From: Candidatus Hydrogenedentota bacterium
GTDB lineage: Bacteria; Hydrogenedentota; Hydrogenedentia; Hydrogenedentales; SLHB01
Assembly: GCA_045863335.1 (NCBI GenBank)
Contig: BTVY01000014.1
Coordinates: 32,001-96,000, forward strand
Direction of reading: 5' to 3'
DNA: 64,000 nt
Part shown: positions 58,117 through 64,000 of the stretch, in pieces
Position numbering within the stretch: position 1 is the stretch's first letter
Layout of the letters: every line of letters starts with the position of its first letter
Notes under the pieces: generated by a model
Told to the model about the DNA's origin: nothing
The model's input: only the letters and a program-made list of their open reading frames with translations
The model's database searches: none
Program-made: the position numbers and the translations under genes

Positions 58117-59264
58117 ACCTGGCGTTGCTCATGGGCAACCGGTACAGCGCGTGGCACCTGCAAGGCTTCCGCCTGTTGCGCGGCGAACCCGCCATCACCG
58201 CCTTTCGCGCGGAGTCGCAGATCCAGGATCACTTCAGCGCACGCGGCGACGGGACGGACACGTTCCATGTCGAGCGTATCCACTTCGACACCCAATCCGG
58301 CAACCCAATCGTGCGGGCGAAGAACGTGTTGCTGGAACGCTACGCAAATCGCGCGCCGCGCATTTTGCCCTTTCACGATCGGTTGCGCGGCTTCGACGTA
58401 ATCCACTCCTGGGAGTTGTTCACGGATTGGTCCGCCGAAGCCGCCATCGCGCGCGAACGCTTCAACATCCCCCTCGTGGTTACCGTTTGGGACCTCATCC
58501 CCTTCAACATGGAACGCGACCCCGAGCGTCGCGTCATCAAATCTCGCGTTGCTGAGAAGGCCGACCGCTTCGTCGTCTACACGGAACGTTCCCGGCGTAC
58601 GCTGGAGATTGAAGGAATCGACGGAAATCGAATCGCGTATGTGAACCCGGGCGTAGACCTGGAAGCATTCTCGCCGAAGCCTACGCAGGAGTCGAAGGAA
58701 GAGTTCGTCATTCTCTTTGTCGGCTGGCTCGTGCCACGCAAGGGCATTGATTTCCTGCTGCTGGCGTTGCATGAACTGCTTGCCGATCCGGAATTGAAAG
58801 GCCGTCGCATTCGCCTGCGCATCGTTGGCTCCGGCGCGGGACGCGACCGCGTCGAGCGGCTCATCGCGCGGCTCGGCATCGGCGACGCCTGCACGTTCAG
58901 CGGCGCGCTGACCTACGACCAAATGCCAGAGGCTTTTCGCGGCGCCGATGCCTTCGTGCTTCCCAGTATCGCCACCGGCGAGTGGCAGGAACAGTTCGGC
59001 ATGTCTCTCATCGAGGCGATGGCCTGCGGTCTCCCCTGCGTCGCCACGCTCAGCGGCGCCATCGAAGAGATCGCCGGCGACTGCGCGGTCTTGTGCCAGC
59101 CGAACGACTTTCTCGCCCTGTACCGAAATCTACGCGATCTGATCCTCGATCCCAGCCGCGCAAACGACCTCGGTCGACGGGCGCGCGGGCGTGTCGAACA
59201 ATACTTCGATCTTCGCCAACACGCCGACGCCCTGTCCAACGTCTACGATTCGCTGCTGCAATGA
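58113..59264 (+). CDS. family 4 glycosyltransferase
   Basis: PGVD, FVG.L..RKG, EQFGMSLIEAMACG. Confidence 0.92.
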   Translation: MNLALLMGNRYSAWHLQGFRLLRGEPAITAFRAESQIQDHFSARGDGTDTFHVERIHFDTQSGNPIVRAKNVLLERYANRAPRILPFHDRLRGFDVIHSWELFTDWSAEAAIARERFNIPLVVTVWDLIPFNMERDPERRVIKSRVAEKADRFVVYTERSRRTLEIEGIDGNRIAYVNPGVDLEAFSPKPTQESKEEFVILFVGWLVPRKGIDFLLLALHELLADPELKGRRIRLRIVGSGAGRDRVERLIARLGIGDACTFSGALTYDQMPEAFRGADAFVLPSIATGEWQEQFGMSLIEAMACGLPCVATLSGAIEEIAGDCAVLCQPNDFLALYRNLRDLILDPSRANDLGRRARGRVEQYFDLRQHADALSNVYDSLLQ

Positions 59265-60202
59265 CCGAAGACGAACGAACCTACGAAGAACGTTTCAATC
59301 CCCTGTCGCGCAGGATGCGCCGCCTGCGCCGTCGACTTTCGTGGTCATTAAAGACGGCGCTCGGCGGCACGCGGAACATCCTGGTCGAAACGCGATGGCG
59401 TCTTGGCGATGAGATCATGGCATTGCCCATCTACGAAGGCCTGAAAGAGAGCTATCCCGACGCAAAGTTCGTCGCGTGGTGTAACTATCCTGACCTGCTG
59501 CAGAACAACCCCTTCGTCGATACCGTCCTCCCAGGCGATGCCGATCCTCGGCGGATCGCTTGCGACAAGTACATTCTGCTGCGCGGCGCGCCCCGCGATG
59601 CCTTCCGGCTCGACCACTACGCGGCCTGCGCAGGCATTCCCACGCCGGCTGCGGACCCCCAGCTCTACCTGGACGACCCGGATCCGCCCATCGTTGCCGA
59701 AGCAAAGGGCGACGCGCCTGCGTTCATCGCGGTATGCACCGGCGCCTCGTGGCCGACGAAGCGCTGGCCCATCACGCAGTGGCAGGAACTCTGCCGTCTC
59801 CTGGAGCGCAAGGACCATCGCATCGTGCAGGTCGGCTTGAACGATGAACCGATCGGCCGCGGAGTATCGCTGCTAAACCGGACCTCCGTGCTCGAAATGG
59901 CCCACGTCCTCCGCGCCGCGGACCTCCTCGTATGCTGCGATTCCGGTCCCATGCATCTCGCCCTGGCGGCCGGCACGCCCGTTGTCGCCTTGTTCGGTCC
60001 CACGGTCGCCTCTATACTGATCCGTCAGGGGTTGCCGTGCACGGTGCTGACGAACGGCCGCCCCTGTCAGGGATGCTGGAACATCTCGCAACAGATGACG
60101 GAGCCGGGCCAGTGCCCGCTGCACATCCCCGGCTGCATGGAACCGCTGGCTGCGGATACGGTGTTCGGGTTCGTTCGAGAGGTGGCGACACGTGGGCGGT
60201 AG
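59261..60202 (+). CDS. family 9 glycosyltransferase (heptosyltransferase-like)
   Basis: LGD.IM..P, GASWPTKRWP, DSGPMHLA.A.GTP.VALFGPT. Confidence 0.9.
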   Translation: MTEDERTYEERFNPLSRRMRRLRRRLSWSLKTALGGTRNILVETRWRLGDEIMALPIYEGLKESYPDAKFVAWCNYPDLLQNNPFVDTVLPGDADPRRIACDKYILLRGAPRDAFRLDHYAACAGIPTPAADPQLYLDDPDPPIVAEAKGDAPAFIAVCTGASWPTKRWPITQWQELCRLLERKDHRIVQVGLNDEPIGRGVSLLNRTSVLEMAHVLRAADLLVCCDSGPMHLALAAGTPVVALFGPTVASILIRQGLPCTVLTNGRPCQGCWNISQQMTEPGQCPLHIPGCMEPLAADTVFGFVREVATRGR

Positions 60203-61259
60203 AGCCTTGCGCGTGCTGTTCCTGACCTTGTACCCGGATTGCGCGGCGAGTCCGCGATACCGCGTCGGTCAATACCTGCCGTACTTGCGCGGCGCGGGAA
60301 TGACCTGCACGGTGCAGTCCGCGATTGGCGATGAAGACTTCGCCCGGTTCTCCGGGCCGAACCGCGCCGGTCGCGCGTTCTGGTATCACGCACGGGAAAC
60401 GCCACACCGCGTGTCGCAGATTCTCGGCGCCTGGCGGTATGATGTCGTTTTCCTGCAGAAGGCGATCATGTCGGCGTCTCTTCGAGGACTGGATAGGCTG
60501 CTGCGTTCGAGGGCGCGCCGCTTGGTTTGCGATATCGATGACGCCGTGCATCTCAGGCCGCCGCACCCCCTGCGCGGTGTGTGGCAGCGGCTGGAGGATT
60601 GGGAGCAGATTCGCACGATGATGGTGGCGAGCGACAAGGTACTCGCGGGAAACGAGTGGCTTCGCGAAACCGTGGAGAGCGCGGGCGGCAACGCCGACTT
60701 CTTTCCTACGGTCGTCGATACCGATCGGTTCGTCCCCGCGGATCCACCGGGTCAATTCTGTGTCGGCTGGATCGGTGGTCCCAGCACAACGCCGCATCTG
60801 AAGGAAGCCGCCGGACTCGCCAAGGATTGCGATCAGTCCGATCTCTGCATTCGTCTCATCGGCGCCGATCCCGCGCAAGTCCCTTGGCCGCGCGCCGAAA
60901 TCCGTCCCTGGTCCCTCGAAACGGAAGTCGCCGAGATTCAACAGTTCTCCGCCGGCATCATGCCCCTGCCCAAAGATGATTGGAGCCGCGGCAAGTGCGC
61001 CTTGAAAGCGCTCCAGTACATGGCCTGCGGCGTCCCCTGCATCGCGACGCCCCACGGCGCCATCCTCGATATCATCCGCGACGGCGAGAATGGCCTCTTC
61101 GCCGAAACACCCGGGCAATGGCAATCCGCAATCGAACGATTGCGCGATCCCGCATTGCGACAGCGCCTGGGCGAAGCCGCGCGCGCCACGGCGGAGGAAC
61201 GGTACTCCCTGCGGGTGTGGGCGCCGCGTATGCGCGAAACGCTGGAGGCAATCGCATGA
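60192..61259 (+). CDS. family 4 glycosyltransferase
   Basis: ASPRYR, DIDDA, PTVVD, GWIG, GKCALK.LQYMACGVP. Confidence 0.9.
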   Translation: MGGRALRVLFLTLYPDCAASPRYRVGQYLPYLRGAGMTCTVQSAIGDEDFARFSGPNRAGRAFWYHARETPHRVSQILGAWRYDVVFLQKAIMSASLRGLDRLLRSRARRLVCDIDDAVHLRPPHPLRGVWQRLEDWEQIRTMMVASDKVLAGNEWLRETVESAGGNADFFPTVVDTDRFVPADPPGQFCVGWIGGPSTTPHLKEAAGLAKDCDQSDLCIRLIGADPAQVPWPRAEIRPWSLETEVAEIQQFSAGIMPLPKDDWSRGKCALKALQYMACGVPCIATPHGAILDIIRDGENGLFAETPGQWQSAIERLRDPALRQRLGEAARATAEERYSLRVWAPRMRETLEAIA

Positions 61260-62398
61260 GCCGTCCTGGAGGCATGCTCACGCGCGTTTGTTACGTGATT
61301 CCGACGCTCCAGGTCGGCGGCACGGAGCGTCAGTTGCTCGCGCTCATGAAAGGCCTCATCCGCGATCACGAATTGACCGTCGTCTGCACGCGTGAAGCGG
61401 GCGCCCTTGTGGGCGATGCGCGTCGCATAGGGGTCTACGTGCACGAATTGAATGGCGGCGGCGGGTGGGATTTCACCATGCGCCGCCGCATTCGCCACAT
61501 CTTCCGGTCGCACCGGCCGGACGTGGTCCACACGTTCATGTTTGGATTTGACCTCGCGGCCAATCGCGCCGCCCGCGAGACGGGAGTACCCGTCGTCATT
61601 TCAAGCCGGCGCCAACTCGCGACCTGGAAAAAGCCTCGGCATGTCCGCATTCAACGGAAAGCCAATCAACTCGTCGATTGTATTGTTGCGAACAGCAACG
61701 CCGTCGCCGAGTTTGCCGCGGCCCAGGAAGGATTGGATCTCGATCGCTATCGCGTTATCCCCAACGGCATCGACGCCGACGCGTTTGTCAGCGCGGCCGA
61801 TCTCCATCAGGTCCGCCTGCGCTTCAAGATCCCCTTCCACACCCAGGTCGTTGGCATTGTCGCCAATTTCAGCCCCGTAAAAGACCACGCGTTTTTCCTG
61901 GCGATCGCCGAAGAGTTGATGCGCCGCCGGGCAGACGTTCATTTTCTGCTCGTCGGTAGCGGTCCCCTGCGCGACGAAGTGATGAACCGCGTCCGCAAGC
62001 AAGGCTGGACCGACCGCTTCACTCGCGTCGCCGCGATCGAGGAAGTGCCCGACCTCTACAAGGTCATGAGCGTGTCAGTCTTGTGTTCGCAAGTTGAAGG
62101 TTTTCCCAACGCCGTCATCGAATCTATGGCAGCCGGACGCCCCGTAGTCGCTGCGGCGGTAGGCGGCATTCCCGAAGTCATCGAAGACGGCGTAACCGGC
62201 AGGCTCGTGCAGACCAGAACGGCGACGGCTTTTGCCGATGCCATCGAGCAGGTCCTGGATCGAGAAAAGGAAAGCGCCGCCATGGCAGCGCGCGCGGCGG
62301 TCTACGTGCGCAATACCTTGAACATGGATCGCATGGTTGACGCCTACCGGAATCTGTACCGCGAAATGCTGATTCAATCCGTCCGGCGGGGGGCCTGA
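61256..62398 (+). CDS. family 4 glycosyltransferase
   Basis: GGTERQ, VANS, IPNGID, EGFPNAVIESMAAG. Confidence 0.92.
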   Translation: MSRPGGMLTRVCYVIPTLQVGGTERQLLALMKGLIRDHELTVVCTREAGALVGDARRIGVYVHELNGGGGWDFTMRRRIRHIFRSHRPDVVHTFMFGFDLAANRAARETGVPVVISSRRQLATWKKPRHVRIQRKANQLVDCIVANSNAVAEFAAAQEGLDLDRYRVIPNGIDADAFVSAADLHQVRLRFKIPFHTQVVGIVANFSPVKDHAFFLAIAEELMRRRADVHFLLVGSGPLRDEVMNRVRKQGWTDRFTRVAAIEEVPDLYKVMSVSVLCSQVEGFPNAVIESMAAGRPVVAAAVGGIPEVIEDGVTGRLVQTRTATAFADAIEQVLDREKESAAMAARAAVYVRNTLNMDRMVDAYRNLYREMLIQSVRRGA

Positions 62399-62401
62399 AC
62401 C

Positions 62402-64000
62402 ATGTGCGGCATCTGCGGAATGATCAATGCCGACCGGGAGCGCCGGGCCGACGAGGCCCTCGTCGAACGCATGAACCGGGCACTTGAGCACCGCGGCCCC
62501 GACGATTCGGGATCGTGGCAAGGCGGCCACGTGGCCCTCGCCATGCGCAGGCTCAGCGTCATCGACCTTTTTCGCGGAAGACAGCCCTTTGCCAACGAGG
62601 ACGGTTCCATCGTCCTCGTGTACAACGGTGAGGTCTACAACTTCCAGGAACTTCGCGAAGAGCTGGAAACGCACGGGCATGTCTTCCGCACTTTGAGCGA
62701 TACAGAGGTCGTCCTGCGCGCGTATGAAGAGTACGGCGACGACGCGTTGGGCCATCTCAACGGCATGTTCGCTTTCGCGTTGTACGACGCGCGAAAAAAC
62801 CGCCTCCTCCTCGCGCGCGATCGCGTCGGCATTAAGCCGCTCTTCTACACTATCCGCAACGGCTCCCTTGCATTTTCCTCGGAACTCGATTCCCTCATGC
62901 AATCCGGCATGATCCGGGGCGCGCTCAATCCCTCCGCGGTCAACGCCTACTTCTCGTTTCTCTATGTTCCCGCGCCCGATACCATCTTCCGCGATGTGTT
63001 CAAATTGCCGCCCGCACACAAGCTGGTCTACCAGAACGGCGAAGTCACCGTCGAACGCTATTGGACGCTCGAGCTGGAATCCGATTCCAAACTCAGCCTG
63101 CCGGAAGCCGCGGAGACCTATGTGGAGCTTCTGTGCGATGCCGTCCGCATGCAGTGCGTGAGCGACGTGCCCCTCGGCGCTTTTCTCAGCGGCGGCATCG
63201 ATTCCAGCTCCGTTGTCGCCATGATGCACGTCAACAGCGCCGCACCGGTCAAGACCTATTCCATCGGATTTGACGATGCCCATATGGACGAACTCAAGTA
63301 CGCGCGCGCGGCCGCCGAACATTTCGAAACAGACCATACGGAAGCGATACTCAAACCCGATATGGTCGAAACCGCGCCCTATCTCGTCCGCTTTTTCGGC
63401 GAACCCTTCGCCGATTCTTCGGCGCTTCCTATGTGGCTCGTGGCCCAACTCGCCCGGCGGGAAGTCACGGTAGTCCTGTCCGGCGACGGCGGCGACGAAC
63501 TCTTTGCGGGGTACACCTGGCTGAGCATGACCCGGCGGGTCAACGCCTATCGGCGGGTCCCCTCCATCCTCCGTTATGGAATCGACACCGCGCTCCGGCT
63601 CGCGCCGAGATCACCCTTCGTCGGCAAGCTGCGCCGTTTCAGCCGCGATTCGTTCCTCGAGTCTGATGCCGTGTTTCGCCGCAGGGAAACCTGCTTTGAA
63701 GGAGCGGAACGCACCGAACTCTACGGCCCCGAACTGGCCACCCACATCGCGCACGATGTGGTCGATCGGTTCCAGGAACACGTGGAAGATGCCGCGTCCA
63801 TGTCGCCGGAGAACCGAATGTTGCACCAAGACTTCAATATGTACCTTCCCGATGACATCCTCGTGAAGGTCGACCGCATGACCATGGCCCATTCCCTCGA
63901 AGCACGCGTGCCGATCCTCGACAACCGCATCATCGATTTCGCCGCATCCGTTCCCTTCCGCATGAAGATGCGCGGCAGCATTTCAAAGTACATCGTCAAG
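62402..64000 (+). CDS. asnB: asparagine synthase (glutamine-hydrolysing)-like amidotransferase, truncated by the window end
   Basis: MCGICG, HRGPD, RLSVID, NGEVYN, RDRVGIKPL, FLSGGIDSS, LSGDGGDE, KVDRMTMAHSLEARVP; no stop in window, so missing from the ORF track. Confidence 0.93.
   Translation, partial: MCGICGMINADRERRADEALVERMNRALEHRGPDDSGSWQGGHVALAMRRLSVIDLFRGRQPFANEDGSIVLVYNGEVYNFQELREELETHGHVFRTLSDTEVVLRAYEEYGDDALGHLNGMFAFALYDARKNRLLLARDRVGIKPLFYTIRNGSLAFSSELDSLMQSGMIRGALNPSAVNAYFSFLYVPAPDTIFRDVFKLPPAHKLVYQNGEVTVERYWTLELESDSKLSLPEAAETYVELLCDAVRMQCVSDVPLGAFLSGGIDSSSVVAMMHVNSAAPVKTYSIGFDDAHMDELKYARAAAEHFETDHTEAILKPDMVETAPYLVRFFGEPFADSSALPMWLVAQLARREVTVVLSGDGGDELFAGYTWLSMTRRVNAYRRVPSILRYGIDTALRLAPRSPFVGKLRRFSRDSFLESDAVFRRRETCFEGAERTELYGPELATHIAHDVVDRFQEHVEDAASMSPENRMLHQDFNMYLPDDILVKVDRMTMAHSLEARVPILDNRIIDFAASVPFRMKMRGSISKYIVK

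Noticed and set aside
1-64000. tRNA, rRNA, tmRNA, integrase, transposase or prophage genes
   Set aside because: No cloverleaf or T-loop signatures in a plausible context and no recognisable mobile-element proteins by eye; tRNAscan-SE and Rfam searches would be needed to exclude them fully.

Overview
A GC-rich, gene-dense bacterial chromosomal window with about 60 CDS. I saw no rRNA, tRNA, CRISPR array, integrase or transposase. Gene content (Tat-exported Gfo/Idh/MocA oxidoreductases, an ECF sigma factor with a Ser/Thr kinase, a CehA/McbA hydrolase, a CFI-box-like protease) resembles PVC-like or Candidatus Hydrogenedentes-like organisms; this is inference only. Main blocks: ppiD-like and pilT-like genes; sugar uptake and metabolism (GH63, sodium:solute symporter, zwf-GDPD-pgl, AGE epimerase); typA; a DEAD-box helicase; three toxin-antitoxin loci; a membrane-anchored Hsp20, radical SAM, ECF and kinase block; fdxA, an HD hydrolase and an MshEN-HDOD gene; secreted hydrolases; an ABC exporter; and a polysaccharide glycosyltransferase cluster ending in asnB, cut by the window edge. 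Most notable signals: (1) a near-consensus sigma70 promoter overlapped by an SOS-box-like palindrome in front of an unannotated 64-aa ORF; (2) three copies of a ~150-170 bp element with conserved inverted ends and an internal hairpin but unrelated interiors; (3) two sigma54 promoters in front of envelope proteins; (4) an MshEN-HDOD fusion and a PilT-family ATPase with an unknown N-terminal domain. All protein calls come from motif recognition by eye; no database searches were run.
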